Shown: one piece after another, positions 1-10,246 of the stretch
Layout of the letters: each line of letters opens with the position of its first letter
Position numbering within the stretch: the stretch's first letter is position 1
NCBI GenBank assembly: GCA_007692495.1
Contig: REBZ01000152.1
Location: 16,626 to 80,625, forward strand
Source of the DNA: Alkalicoccus sp.
GTDB taxonomy: Bacteria; Bacillota; Bacilli; Bacillales; Salisediminibacteriaceae
DNA: 64,000 bases
Reading direction: 5' to 3'
The notes under the pieces: model-generated
What the model was told of the DNA's origin: nothing
What the model saw: only the letters and a program-made list of their open reading frames with translations
Databases searched by the model: none
Made by a program: the position numbers and the translations under genes

Positions 1-2
1 AT

Positions 3-1070
3 ATGGAAGCTTCACTGAAATTAAAAGAGATTATTAGAGAAGCGGTGGCATTGAAAGCCTCGGATGTACATCTGCTTCCTGATGAAGAAAGTGTAAGGGT
101 TAGATTTCGTCTGGACGGTCAGCTGATCGATGTGGAAAAAGTAGCTCTGCCGGCAGGGCGGAAGCTGATTTCCCACATGAAATTCATTGCCGGAATGGAC
201 ATCGGCGAAAGGCGTCGTCCGCAGAACAAACGTATTGAAATAGTCATGGAACAGCGTACTATCTTTGTCAGACTCTCAACATTCCCCTCCTCCCTTATGG
301 AAACACTAGTACTGCGTATCTTTCCATACGAAAAATCAGATACTCTTCGAGAGCTTGCTTTATTCCCGGATCAAGTAGCATACCTTCAGAAACTTATACA
401 TAGCCCCCATGGATTAATCCTTCTATGCGGCCCGACCGGAGCCGGCAAAACAACTACCCTTTATTCACTGCTTCAGGACAGAATGAGCAGCGCAAACGAA
501 AATATAATGACATTGGAAGACCCTGTGGAAAGACGGGAGAATGGTCTTCTGCAGATGGAGATCAACGAAAAAGCAGGAGTAACCTATGCATCAGGACTTA
601 GAAGCCTGCTCAGGCATGATCCTGATTTGATTGTAATAGGAGAAATAAGGGATGAAGAAACTGCTGCTATTGCGGTCAAAGCAGCGATGAGCGGCCACCT
701 TGTTATATCAAGCCTTCACAGCAGTTCCACTGCCGGAGCTCTCAGAAGGCTTAAAGATCTTGGCATTGACGAGGCAGATCTTCAGGAAGTTCTATGCGGA
801 GTGGCTGCCCAGCGTCTTGTAGATGTGAAATGTCCGTACTGCACAGAGGAGTGTTCTATTCACTGCCGAAGAAGAAGATCTGTCCGGCGGAAAGCGATCT
901 ACGAAATATTAATGGAGGAAGAGCTACAGGAGGCATTTAGTGAACTGAAAAAGAGGAGCGGGAAAAAGTTACCCCGTATCGATCTTAGAACTCTTATGAA
1001 AAAAGGAATAGCTGTCGGATATATTGCGGAAGAGGAGTGGAAACGTTTTGGAAAAGGAGCTTACTTGTGA
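3..1070 (+). CDS. comGA: Competence pilus assembly ATPase ComGA
   Basis: PilB/GspE ATPase motifs GPTGAGKTTT, TLEDPVE, LRHDPD..GEIRD; first gene of the comG cluster. Confidence 0.95.
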   Translation: MEASLKLKEIIREAVALKASDVHLLPDEESVRVRFRLDGQLIDVEKVALPAGRKLISHMKFIAGMDIGERRRPQNKRIEIVMEQRTIFVRLSTFPSSLMETLVLRIFPYEKSDTLRELALFPDQVAYLQKLIHSPHGLILLCGPTGAGKTTTLYSLLQDRMSSANENIMTLEDPVERRENGLLQMEINEKAGVTYASGLRSLLRHDPDLIVIGEIRDEETAAIAVKAAMSGHLVISSLHSSSTAGALRRLKDLGIDEADLQEVLCGVAAQRLVDVKCPYCTEECSIHCRRRRSVRRKAIYEILMEEELQEAFSELKKRSGKKLPRIDLRTLMKKGIAVGYIAEEEWKRFGKGAYL

Positions 1071-2092
1071 AGAAGCTTTTTAAAAATGATTATGAAAGAG
1101 GAAAACTGCTCGTAGATATATCTGTTCTTCTGGAAGAAGGTTATAACATCAGTGAAGCGATTGAACTGTACGCTGCTTTTTTGATGGAGGATAAAAGAGA
1201 ATGGCTTCTTCACGTGTATAAGGAGATGGAAAAAGGAGATACTTTTGCAGATCAGCTTTTTGAAGCAGGATTCACAAAAGAAATTATTAACTTTATTCGA
1301 ATGCTGGAAACATACGGATCTTTTCAAAAAGCACTTTCTCAATCCGGATATTTGCTGCTCAAAAGGTATGAATTGAAAAAGCAGATGCAGTCCGTCCTGC
1401 ACTATCCATTGGCGCTTTCTATTGGAGTAATTATTCTGGGGATGGTTTTAATGGAGGGAATACTTCCCCAGTTTCAGCAGTTTTTTGAGGCGATGGATCA
1501 TGAACTTCCGGCTGTTACAAAGAGTATGCTGTTTTTTATCGATTGGTTCAGACTGCCTCTATTTCTGACTGTTCTTGTATGCGGAATTATGCTTGTGCTC
1601 TGGGTACGCAGAAAACCAGCGGCTGAACAGGTGAAGTTTATGATGAGAATTCCACTGGTTCATAAATATATTCGTCAGTTGATATCTTATTACTTTACAG
1701 CTCAGCTTGCTCCTATGCTTCAGGGGGGGCTTTCTCTCCAGCAGGCGCTTAATGCGATGAAAGAAGAATCGATGCTTACATTTTTTCGTATAGAGGCTGG
1801 GAACTTCATTGAGAAACTCGAAGGAGGAGACTCTTTTACAGAAGTACTGTACAGCAGTCCATATTTTATTTCACAAATAGCTGCTGTCTGGTCTTTTGGG
1901 GAATCCCGCGGGGCAGCAGCTCAGGAACTGGATTCGTTTTCCGCTTATTTGTTTCAGCAGATGTATGACCATACAAATAAAGCTATCCGGATGGTCCAGC
2001 CGCTCGTATTCTGTTTTATCGGAGCCATTGTTATCTTATTGTTTGTTTCAATGATGATGCCGGTATTTTCAATTATTGATTCCTTTGCCTGA
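1067..2092 (+). CDS. comGB: Competence pilus platform membrane protein ComGB (PilC/GspF family)
   Basis: GTG at 1067 after AAAGGAG, overlapping the comGA stop; three hydrophobic segments; YP..L and QP motifs. Confidence 0.9.
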   Translation: MKKLFKNDYERGKLLVDISVLLEEGYNISEAIELYAAFLMEDKREWLLHVYKEMEKGDTFADQLFEAGFTKEIINFIRMLETYGSFQKALSQSGYLLLKRYELKKQMQSVLHYPLALSIGVIILGMVLMEGILPQFQQFFEAMDHELPAVTKSMLFFIDWFRLPLFLTVLVCGIMLVLWVRRKPAAEQVKFMMRIPLVHKYIRQLISYYFTAQLAPMLQGGLSLQQALNAMKEESMLTFFRIEAGNFIEKLEGGDSFTEVLYSSPYFISQIAAVWSFGESRGAAAQELDSFSAYLFQQMYDHTNKAIRMVQPLVFCFIGAIVILLFVSMMMPVFSIIDSFA

Positions 2093-2332
2093 TTTTTTCT
2101 GCAGTTTACTGCGCGAAGAAAAATGCAGTTTCGGTAGAAGCTGTTGGTAAAGTAGTTAAACAAACGCCGGATAGTTTCTGCCTGCAGGCGGGCTCCTTGA
2201 CAGACTTCCGTTGGGCGCAGGAGGGGAGTGTAAGTCAGGGCACATTATTCCTTGTTAAGCAGTACAGCAGTAGAATACCTCTGCTGGAAAAGCAAGTCCG
2301 GCAGGCAAATTCAAATAAAAGGATGATGAAAA

Positions 2333-2656
2333 ATGAAAAAAATTTTGGGAGTAATTAAATCCAAAAAAGGATTCACCCTCATAGAAGTTATGGTAGTGCT
2401 CGTAATTATTTCAATTCTCCTCCTCGTTTTTATCCCGAACCTGACAAAAAATCAGTCAGTAGCTAATTCCAAGAGCTGCGAGGCGTCTCTTGAGCTTGTT
2501 GAAGCGCAGATCATGGCCTATCAGATGGATAATAACGGACAGTCCCCCGCTTCAGCTTCAGCATTGAAAGAAGGGGGCTATATAGACAGGGATACATGTC
2601 CGGACGGAACTTCGATCGTTATAGAAGGGATGAAAGCCCGCGCAGGAAATGAGTAA
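2333..2656 (+). CDS. comGC: Major competence pseudopilin ComGC
   Basis: Class III signal KKGFTLIEVMVVL, IPNL, two Cys. Confidence 0.92.
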   Translation: MKKILGVIKSKKGFTLIEVMVVLVIISILLLVFIPNLTKNQSVANSKSCEASLELVEAQIMAYQMDNNGQSPASASALKEGGYIDRDTCPDGTSIVIEGMKARAGNE

Positions 2657-3080
2657 CAGAGGATTCAGTCTGCCGGAAGTAATGCTTTCGCTGCTGATAA
2701 TCTCTGCTGTCAGTATGGCTGCCTTACTGCCAGTTTCTGAAATATCCCGTCAAATGCAGGCAGAATATTTATTGAATGAACTGCAGCGTGATCTTCATTC
2801 AATGCAGCTTGAGGCAATGAAAACAGGAAAAGAAGTAAGTTTCCGTTTTTATGCCTCCGGCCAATACCGGGCGGTTTCTGAAGGGATCGTTCTCCTGGAC
2901 CGCCGTCCGGTTTATCCTCTTGCATTTGAAGAGCTGTCACTTAAACTGAATCAGGTTCAGTTTAATCCGAATGGTAATGTAAGACATTTCGGACAGCTCC
3001 GGATAACAGCAGCCACAAAACAGTACAATCTCGTTTTTCAAATAGGAAGGGGGAGATTTTATTTTCAGGAAATTGAATAA
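2649..3080 (+). CDS. comGD: Minor pseudopilin ComGD
   Basis: RGFSLPE prepilin motif; C-terminal FQIGRGRF; gene order. Confidence 0.85.
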   Translation: MSNRGFSLPEVMLSLLIISAVSMAALLPVSEISRQMQAEYLLNELQRDLHSMQLEAMKTGKEVSFRFYASGQYRAVSEGIVLLDRRPVYPLAFEELSLKLNQVQFNPNGNVRHFGQLRITAATKQYNLVFQIGRGRFYFQEIE

Positions 3081-3384
3081 TAAAGGGTATATCCTTCTTG
3101 AAATGTCAGCGTCACTGCTGCTGTTAACTGCAGGATGCAGTAGCTTTGCAGTGCTGATTGGGTTTCTGCACCATGAATTTTATTTGATGGAAGCCGAGAG
3201 GGAAGCAGGACAGCTTCTATTTGAACTCATACAGGAGGAGGCTTCGGTGACCGGTTTGTTTCAGGGGGAAACCGCTTCTTTTTCCGGGAGTGTGCGTTAC
3301 CTTGAGAATGGAAAAGAATACTGCCTGAAAGCCGAAGGAGAATTCAGGAGGCAGCCGGCAGTATGCCTACCAGGGTATGACTAA
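3073..3384 (+). CDS. comGE: Minor pseudopilin ComGE
   Basis: KGYILLE prepilin motif; position in cluster. Confidence 0.7.
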   Translation: MNNKGYILLEMSASLLLLTAGCSSFAVLIGFLHHEFYLMEAEREAGQLLFELIQEEASVTGLFQGETASFSGSVRYLENGKEYCLKAEGEFRRQPAVCLPGYD

Positions 3385-3856
3385 TGAAAGAGGTTTCACA
3401 CTTGTGGGTGTTTTGGCAGGGTTATTTCTGCTGACGCTAATTCTGCCTTTATTTATATCAGGATATCATTACTGGCTGAGTCAAAAACCGGAAATCAATC
3501 AATTTTCCATGCATGAATTCTATGTTTTTACCAAACAGCTGGAAAAAGAGTTTCAGCAGAGCGAAAGTTATGCAGTCACTGCGTCGAATGACCGGCTGTT
3601 GATGAGTGTGGAGGGAAAAACTATCTCTTATGAAAGATATGAAGATAAAATCCGCAGGAGGGTAATGTCCCAGGGGCATGAAGTGACGTTACAGCATATT
3701 ACGGATTATGGTTTTCGGAAGCATCCTTTCGGTCTGGAAATTTGGGTGACAGCCGGAAAAAAGACTAGAACCCGTTATCTGCTGCACCCTGCTGAATGGG
3801 CAGAGCAGAAATATAACTATTTTGAAGGACGGAATGAGTATGTATTACCTGGATAA
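3377..3856 (+). CDS. comGF: Minor pseudopilin ComGF
   Basis: RGFTLV prepilin motif; IRRRV..GHE motif. Confidence 0.8.
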   Translation: MTNERGFTLVGVLAGLFLLTLILPLFISGYHYWLSQKPEINQFSMHEFYVFTKQLEKEFQQSESYAVTASNDRLLMSVEGKTISYERYEDKIRRRVMSQGHEVTLQHITDYGFRKHPFGLEIWVTAGKKTRTRYLLHPAEWAEQKYNYFEGRNEYVLPG

Positions 3857-4226
3857 TAAAAAGGGTTTTATGCTTTTGTATACAATGGTTTTTATCCTTT
3901 GTATAAGTGGATTTTCCATGTATTTGGTTCATCACTATGAAATGGAAAGAAAGCTGCTTGCCCACGAGCTGGAGGATATGTATACACAGCAGCTTGTTCT
4001 GACTGCTTCTGACTACTTGATAGATGCTGCAGGTGTCAGTAACAGCCTGGAGGAAGAGCTGATTTTTACAGGAAGTTTCGAAAAAGGAAAGGTCACCGGA
4101 ACAGCAGATAATCAAGGGCAGCACTGGCAAGTGGAAATAGAAGCGGAATCCGGAGTTTACCGGCGGAAAGTACAGTTTATTTACGAGCATGGCGCAGGAA
4201 TATTCCATTGGGAGGAAGAATCGTAA
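3834..4226 (+). CDS. comGG: Minor pseudopilin ComGG
   Basis: KKGFML prepilin-like motif; last gene of cluster; start uncertain (3822/3834/3840). Confidence 0.7.
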   Translation: MSMYYLDNKKGFMLLYTMVFILCISGFSMYLVHHYEMERKLLAHELEDMYTQQLVLTASDYLIDAAGVSNSLEEELIFTGSFEKGKVTGTADNQGQHWQVEIEAESGVYRRKVQFIYEHGAGIFHWEEES

Positions 4227-4278
4227 AAAACAAAATGCTTTTAAGAGTTTCCCGTGTCCGTTTATAGAGAATAAATAC

Positions 4279-4308
4279 TTGCCTGAAAAAAGAGAATAGT
4301 GGTACGAT
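4279..4308 (+). promoter_or_regulatory. Putative SigA promoter of the gcv operon
   Basis: TTGCCT-N18-TACGAT with a TG extension, upstream of the riboswitch. Confidence 0.5.
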
Positions 4309-4340
4309 AAACTTGCTTCATATACGTTAATTAAAAACCC

Positions 4341-4568
4341 GGCGAATGACAGCAGGGGGAGAGAACGGCCAAGGCCGTCGCCGAAGGAGCAAGCGCATCT
4401 GCGTGAATCTCTCAGGCAAAGCAGACTCCTGCTTGACGCATCTCTGGAAAGATCCATATAAGGGTCACCGATGGGGAAACCTCCCGATTTCTGCAGCTGG
4501 AGGAGAAAACTCTCAGGTACACAGACAGAGGCGTTCTGACTACAATCAGGGCGTTTCTGTCTTTTTTG
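4341..4568 (+). ncRNA. Tandem glycine riboswitch with terminator-type expression platform
   Basis: Two aptamers (GGGAGAG..CGCCGAAGGAGCAA..CTCTCAGG and CTCTGGAAAG..CACCGATGGGG..CTCTCAGGTA), then a hairpin and T-run before gcvT. Confidence 0.92.
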
Positions 4569-4615
4569 TTGTCAAAGTAAAACAGCATTACATAATCAGG
4601 TGGAGGTGCATTACA

Positions 4616-5704
4616 GTGGGAAATAAAACACCGCTTTATGAAGTTTACAGCGAATATGGAGGAAAAACGATAGACTTTGGCGGCTGGGATCTGCCCGTGC
4701 AGTTTACTTCAATAAAAGAAGAGCATGCCGCAGTGAGAGAAAGAGCAGGACTTTTTGATGTTTCACACATGGGAGAGCTTAAAGTTACCGGTCCGGATAC
4801 TGTTCCATTTCTGCAGAAGATGCTTACGAATGATCTGGACAAAGCGAAAAGTGGACAGTGCCAGTATACAGCTATGTGCTATGAAGACGGGGGGACAGTT
4901 GACGACCTTGTTCTATACAAATTTTCGGAACAGGAAGTACTGCTCGTAGTAAATGCGGCCAACATCGAGAAAGATTTTGACTGGCTTCAGTCCCACGTAG
5001 AGCAGGAAGACGTCACTGTAGCCAATGTATCCGAAGGCTATGCTCAGCTTGCACTTCAGGGACCAGACGCTGAAAAGATAGCTCAGAAACTTACTGCTGA
5101 AGATCTGAGCGGAATTTCTTTCTTTCGGTTTCAGGATAATATTGAAATTGACAGCTGGAACGTCCTCGTTTCCAGAACCGGCTACACCGGGGAGGATGGA
5201 TTCGAAATATACTGTGCGCCTGAAGCGGCCGTCCCGATCTGGAAAAAAATTATTGAAGGCGGTGCTGAACCTATTGGACTCGGTGCAAGGGACACCCTCC
5301 GTTTTGAAGCAAAGCTTGCGCTTTATGGCCAGGAGCTTTCAAAAGATATTACACCTATAGAAGCAGGAATAGGGTTTGCTGTTAAGCCTGATAAGCCTGT
5401 TCCATTTATTGGACAGAAAATATTAAAAGAGCAGAAAGAAAATGGTCCGGAACGCCGGATGGTTGGTCTGGAAATGATCGACAAAGGTATCCCGAGAACC
5501 GGATATGCAGTTCTCGACGGAGATAAAGAAATAGGATTTATTACGACGGGAACCCAGTCTCCGACACTTGGGAAAAATGTTGGCCTGGCCATTGTGGACA
5601 GTAAGTATAAAGAACTTGGTACAGAGGTCAGTGTGCAGGTCCGCAAAAGAACTTTGAAAGCCGAAGTAGTGAAGACGCCTTTTTACGTAAGAAATAAATC
5701 TTAA
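4616..5704 (+). CDS. gcvT: Glycine cleavage system aminomethyltransferase T
   Basis: GTG at 4616 after GGAGGTG; motifs [32 protein letters not shown]. Confidence 0.97.
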   Translation: MGNKTPLYEVYSEYGGKTIDFGGWDLPVQFTSIKEEHAAVRERAGLFDVSHMGELKVTGPDTVPFLQKMLTNDLDKAKSGQCQYTAMCYEDGGTVDDLVLYKFSEQEVLLVVNAANIEKDFDWLQSHVEQEDVTVANVSEGYAQLALQGPDAEKIAQKLTAEDLSGISFFRFQDNIEIDSWNVLVSRTGYTGEDGFEIYCAPEAAVPIWKKIIEGGAEPIGLGARDTLRFEAKLALYGQELSKDITPIEAGIGFAVKPDKPVPFIGQKILKEQKENGPERRMVGLEMIDKGIPRTGYAVLDGDKEIGFITTGTQSPTLGKNVGLAIVDSKYKELGTEVSVQVRKRTLKAEVVKTPFYVRNKS

Positions 5705-5723
5705 ACAGAAAGGGTGGAAAATA

Positions 5724-7070
5724 ATGAACGATTTCCGCTATTTACCAATGACAGACCGGGATCAGAAGGAAATGCTGGAAACAATTGGAGTAGAGAGCCT
5801 CGATGAGCTTTTTGAGGATGTCCCGGACAGAGTGAAGTTTGACGGCGCACTGGACATTGAACCGGCGCTGCACGAAACAGCACTCATAAAAGAAATGCAG
5901 AGGCTCGCAGGCAGGAACACAAATATTAAAGACTATCCTTCCTTCCTCGGAGCCGGCGTATACGAACATTATATTCCTTCAGTAGTAAATCACATGCTTC
6001 TCCGATCGGAATTTTTTACTGCCTACACACCGTATCAGCCGGAAATATCGCAGGGAGAACTTCAGGGAATTTTCGAATTTCAGACGATGATCTGTGAGCT
6101 TACGGGAATGGACCTTGCCAATTCATCCATGTACGATGGACCGACAGCTCTGACTGAAGCAGCAATGATGAGCTGCGGCCAGACGAAGAAAAAAGAAATT
6201 CTCGTCTCTAAAACAGTGCATCCGGAAGCTCTGGAAGTACTTAAAACAAATGCTGCAGGACAAAATCTTACAGTGGTAGAAATTGAAGAAAAAGACGGCC
6301 GGACGAATATGGAAGACCTGGAGCAGAAATATACCAGCAGCACAGCCTGTGTAATTGTGCAGTATCCTAACTTTTTCGGTCAGATAGAAGACCTTCAGAA
6401 AGTAGAAGAAATTGCCCACAGTGATAAAAGTCATATGATTGTATCATCCAATCCACTCAGTCTCGGGATGCTTAAGCCGCCTGGAGAATTTGGTGCCGAT
6501 GTAGTAGTAGGGGATGCTCAGCCATTTGGTATTCCAACACAGCTTGGGGGACCTCACTGCGGCTATTTCGCTGTTACAAAAAAGCTTATGCGCAAAGTAC
6601 CCGGCAGACTCGTCGGCCAGACAACGGATGACAGCGGACAGCGTGGATTCGTATTAACACTGCAGGCACGGGAACAGCATATCCGCAGAGATAAAGCGAC
6701 GAGTAATATCTGCTCCAATCAGGCCCTTAATGCTCTCGGAGCAGCAATTGCCATGAGCGCTATCGGCAAATACGGTCTCAAAGAAATGGCTGAGCAGAAT
6801 ATGCAGAAAGCTCACTATGCCAAAAAAACGCTTGAAGATAAAGGATTTCATGCTGTCTTTACAGGTCCTTTCTTTAATGAGTTTGTTATTGAGTTTACTA
6901 AAGAAGTATCTCAAATCAACGAGCGGCTTTTCGAAAAAGGTATTATCGGCGGTCTTGACCTTGGTCGTTTTTATAAAGGCAGGGAAAAACAGATGCTTCT
7001 TGCGGTAACCGAACTGCGTACAAAAGAAGAAATCGATGCCCTGGCATCAGCACTGGAGGGAGCAGAATGA
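5724..7070 (+). CDS. gcvPA: Glycine dehydrogenase subunit 1
   Basis: [32 protein letters not shown]. Confidence 0.97.
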   Translation: MNDFRYLPMTDRDQKEMLETIGVESLDELFEDVPDRVKFDGALDIEPALHETALIKEMQRLAGRNTNIKDYPSFLGAGVYEHYIPSVVNHMLLRSEFFTAYTPYQPEISQGELQGIFEFQTMICELTGMDLANSSMYDGPTALTEAAMMSCGQTKKKEILVSKTVHPEALEVLKTNAAGQNLTVVEIEEKDGRTNMEDLEQKYTSSTACVIVQYPNFFGQIEDLQKVEEIAHSDKSHMIVSSNPLSLGMLKPPGEFGADVVVGDAQPFGIPTQLGGPHCGYFAVTKKLMRKVPGRLVGQTTDDSGQRGFVLTLQAREQHIRRDKATSNICSNQALNALGAAIAMSAIGKYGLKEMAEQNMQKAHYAKKTLEDKGFHAVFTGPFFNEFVIEFTKEVSQINERLFEKGIIGGLDLGRFYKGREKQMLLAVTELRTKEEIDALASALEGAE

Positions 7071-8530
7071 CTACAGAAAATCAGGCATTAATATTTGAAA
7101 TGAGTAAAGAGGGACGGATTGGCCATAGTCTTCCGGAACTCGATGTTGACAGAGTAGACCTCGATGAGCTGATCCCTTCTTCTTTTCAGCGGGAGAAGGC
7201 TGCGGATCTGCCCCAGGTTTCTGAACTTCAGCTCGTCCGGCACTATACTGCTCTTTCGAGAAGAAATCACGGTGTAGATTCCGGGTTTTATCCTCTCGGC
7301 TCCTGTACGATGAAATACAACCCGAAAATAAATGAAGATGTAGCCCGTTACCCGGGGTTTGCCCACCTGCATCCATACCAGCCGGAAAACCAGATACAGG
7401 GTGCGATGGAGCTCATGTACAATCTGCAGAACTCTCTTGAGGAAGTGACCGGTATGGATCAGGTTACGCTTCAGCCTGCAGCGGGTGCCCACGGGGAATG
7501 GACCGGACTGATGCTGATTCGTGCCTACCATGAAGGAAGAGGAGATCATCAGCGTACGAAGGTGATTGTGCCGGATTCGGCTCACGGGACGAATCCGGCG
7601 TCAGCTGTAGTTGCCGGATTTGAAGCTCTCACTGTCCGTTCGACAGATGAAGGGCTGGTAGACCTCGATCACCTCAGAGAGCTTACAGGAGAGGATACAG
7701 CAGCTCTTATGCTGACAAATCCAAATACTCTCGGGCTTTTTGAAAGACAGATTTCTGAAATGGCTGAAATTATTCATGAAGCAGGAGGAAAACTGTATTA
7801 TGATGGGGCAAATTCCAATGCTATTCTCGGTATAACCCGGCCGGGGGATATGGGTTTCGATGTTGTACATCTAAACCTTCACAAAACCTTTACTACCCCG
7901 CACGGTGGAGGAGGACCGGGATCCGGACCGGTAGGAGTGAAAAACGATCTCGTTCCTTATCTTCCTGCACCAATAATTGTTAAAGAAGGGGAAAACTACA
8001 CGTTTTCCTACGATTTTCCGGATACGATCGGCCGTGTGAAACCATATTATGGGAATTTCGGCATTAATGTCAGAGCATATACGTACATCCGGACGATGGG
8101 GCCGGAAGGGTTGAAGCAGGTTTCTCTTCAGGCCGTACTGAATGCGAACTACATGCTGCGACGGCTCCAGCCCTATTTCGACACGCCGTACGAGCAGCAC
8201 TGTAAGCATGAGTTTGTTCTTTCCGGTAAAAGACAAAAGAAACTGGGCGTCCGTACGCTGGATATGGCAAAACGTCTTCTGGATTTCGGGTACCACCCAC
8301 CGACGATTTACTTCCCGATTAATGTGGAAGAATGTCTGATGGTGGAACCGACAGAAACAGAATCCAAGGAAACACTGGATGAGTTCTGCGATGCAATGAT
8401 TCAAATAGCAGAGGAAGCTGAAAACACTCCGGAAGTAGTTCAGGAAGCGCCGCACAGCACTGTAATAGGGCGTCTTGATGAAACTACAGCGGCGAGAAAG
8501 CCGGTGCTGAAATACAGCCGGGAAGCATAA
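7067..8530 (+). CDS. gcvPB: Glycine dehydrogenase subunit 2
   Basis: [11 protein letters not shown]; PLP-lysine motif HLNLHKTF; PHGGGGPG. Confidence 0.97.
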   Translation: MTTENQALIFEMSKEGRIGHSLPELDVDRVDLDELIPSSFQREKAADLPQVSELQLVRHYTALSRRNHGVDSGFYPLGSCTMKYNPKINEDVARYPGFAHLHPYQPENQIQGAMELMYNLQNSLEEVTGMDQVTLQPAAGAHGEWTGLMLIRAYHEGRGDHQRTKVIVPDSAHGTNPASAVVAGFEALTVRSTDEGLVDLDHLRELTGEDTAALMLTNPNTLGLFERQISEMAEIIHEAGGKLYYDGANSNAILGITRPGDMGFDVVHLNLHKTFTTPHGGGGPGSGPVGVKNDLVPYLPAPIIVKEGENYTFSYDFPDTIGRVKPYYGNFGINVRAYTYIRTMGPEGLKQVSLQAVLNANYMLRRLQPYFDTPYEQHCKHEFVLSGKRQKKLGVRTLDMAKRLLDFGYHPPTIYFPINVEECLMVEPTETESKETLDEFCDAMIQIAEEAENTPEVVQEAPHSTVIGRLDETTAARKPVLKYSREA

Positions 8531-8580
8531 TCTTTCAGCAGGAAGCTGTTTATTTGGTGAGATGTTATTGAAAAAACACA

Positions 8581-8620
8581 AAAAAGATCCCGGAAGCCAT
8601 ACGGCTTCCGGGTCCTTTTT
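8581..8620. terminator. Bidirectional intrinsic terminator between gcvPB and yqhL
   Basis: CCCGGAAGCC-ATAC-GGCTTCCGGG flanked by A- and T-runs. Confidence 0.8.
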
Positions 8621-8993
8621 ATTTTTTAATTTTTCCGGTCCATTTTTTGAAACCGCCTTTAAGCATGTAAAGATCTTCCGTTCCACGCTTTTTTTTCAGC
8701 AGTTTTGCCGCCTGAATCGACCGCGAACCGTTTTGGTCATAAAGGTATACCGGCTTATCAGGCCGGATTTCTCCGGACCGCATGCGCAGCTGGGAGAGAG
8801 GGATATTTCTGGCACCAAGAATATGTCCGGTTTTAAATTCCCTTTCCTCACGTACATCAATCAGCTGTGCTTTCCGGTAATTTTTAGTAAACTCCTCCTG
8901 CGTCAAAGCAGTCAGAAAATTAGGCTTTTTCATACGGTAAAGCAGAAAACCTACTAAAATAAGCGTTATAATAATCAAAATCCACCAGTCCAT
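8619..8993 (-). CDS. yqhL: Membrane-anchored rhodanese-domain protein (YqhL-like)
   Basis: N-terminal TM helix; LIDVRE..EF..GHILGARNIP; ATG at 8993 after AAAGGAG. Confidence 0.85.
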   Translation of the reverse strand: MDWWILIIITLILVGFLLYRMKKPNFLTALTQEEFTKNYRKAQLIDVREEREFKTGHILGARNIPLSQLRMRSGEIRPDKPVYLYDQNGSRSIQAAKLLKKKRGTEDLYMLKGGFKKWTGKIKK

Positions 8994-9130
8994 TTTGCCA
9001 CTCCTTTGATGATTTACAAGTATCTTCATAAATGATATACCTTAATAATGAATTGTGCAATCCTTGTAGAATTCTTTTTGTAACCCGATGTTTTTTTAGG
9101 TATGATAATAGAGGCAGGAGGAATATCAAC

Positions 9131-9961
9131 GTGGAAACTTGGCTTTACATAGATTCAGGAAAACAAACCCCGGACTTTAATATGGCGCTTGATGAAAAAC
9201 TTATGGACTGGCACCGGGAAGGGAGGATTCCCCCGGTAGTCCGGTTTTATGAATGGAAGCCGGCAGGACTCTCCCTCGGGTATTTTCAACGTATCCGTAA
9301 AGATATAAACATAGAAATGGTTACGGCTCACGGAGCAGGACTGGTTCGCCGGCCTACCGGAGGGAGGGCGGTTCTGCATGATGACGAACTGACCTACAGT
9401 TTTATAGCTCAAGAATCCCACCCGCTTATGCCTGCCTCCGTTACGGAAGCTTACCGGGTTATTTCGCAGGGGCTTTTAAACGGCTTTCGCAGTCTCGGGC
9501 TGGATGCTCAATTTTCGATACCGGATACTGAAAAAGAAAAAGCAGAATTGCGCAACCCGCGGTCGGCGGTCTGCTTTGACGCGCCATCATGGTACGAAAT
9601 GGTTGTGAGCGGAAGGAAAATAGCTGGCAGTGCCCAGACCCGTCAACGCGGTATTATTCTTCAGCACGGATCGATTATACGTACGTTCGACGAAGAGAAA
9701 CTTTTTGACATGTTTAATTTTTCCAGTGAGCGTCTTCGCAGGCGTATGCAGGAGGGATTCAAGTCAAAAGCCGCGCCACTGTCGGAACTGATGGAACAGC
9801 TCGCAACGATAGAAGAACTGAAAGATGCTTTCCGTAAGGGTTTCGAAGAAGCTCTGGATATCAAGCTGGAAAAATACGAACTCACAAGTACACAGCTGGA
9901 AGAAGTAGGAATTCTGGCTGAAGAAAAATATGCATCAGAAAAATGGACGTATAAGTACTAA
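9131..9961 (+). CDS. lipM: Octanoyltransferase LipM (lipoate-protein ligase family)
   Basis: [34 protein letters not shown]; yqhM position; GTG at 9131 after GGAGG. Confidence 0.9.
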   Translation: METWLYIDSGKQTPDFNMALDEKLMDWHREGRIPPVVRFYEWKPAGLSLGYFQRIRKDINIEMVTAHGAGLVRRPTGGRAVLHDDELTYSFIAQESHPLMPASVTEAYRVISQGLLNGFRSLGLDAQFSIPDTEKEKAELRNPRSAVCFDAPSWYEMVVSGRKIAGSAQTRQRGIILQHGSIIRTFDEEKLFDMFNFSSERLRRRMQEGFKSKAAPLSELMEQLATIEELKDAFRKGFEEALDIKLEKYELTSTQLEEVGILAEEKYASEKWTYKY

Positions 9962-10067
9962 ATTTTTAATGTGACTATGGAAGGATTTTTACAGCTGGTT
10001 ACTTGACGCAGAGCTGATTTCAGCCGTGCGGAAGGTAAGTACACCCTGACAGGAAAAGAAAATAAGA

Positions 10068-10097
10068 GTTTACAACAACGGATCCAGGGTATAGAAT
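10068..10097 (+). promoter_or_regulatory. Overlapping SigA-like and SigB-like promoters of nrdJ
   Basis: TTTACA-N17-TAGAAT (10069-10097) and GTTTAC-N13-GGGTAT (10068-10092). Confidence 0.5.
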
Positions 10098-10107
10098 TAC
10101 ACTAGAT

Positions 10108-10155
10108 ATCCTATATATTGTGCTGTCTTTTAGTGAAGGGCACAATATATAGCGT
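10108..10155. promoter_or_regulatory. Tandem NrdR boxes
   Basis: atccTATATATTGTGc (10108-10123) and gCACAATATATAGcgt (10140-10155), starts 32 bp apart, upstream of an RNR gene. Confidence 0.8.
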
Positions 10156-10246
10156 TTTGTAACCTCAGCTGAAAAGAAGCCTTTTCCGCAGGGCTTCCTT
10201 TCTTTTTGAAGAGCCGAGGATTTTAAAGTTAAAAGGAGCGAGGCCT

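Noticed and set aside
3765-4457. 230-aa antisense ORF
   Set aside because: Shadow of comGF/comGG and the riboswitch; no recognisable motif.
4346-4615. 90-aa N-terminal extension of GcvT in the ORF track
   Set aside because: It runs through the glycine riboswitch; the real start is GTG at 4616 behind GGAGGTG.
7871-8686. 271-aa antisense ORF
   Set aside because: Shadow of gcvPB that crosses a terminator; no recognisable motif.
9962-10246. Cobalamin riboswitch upstream of nrdJ (also checked before the mutase gene)
   Set aside because: No B12-box or core motifs found; the region is explained by promoters and NrdR boxes.
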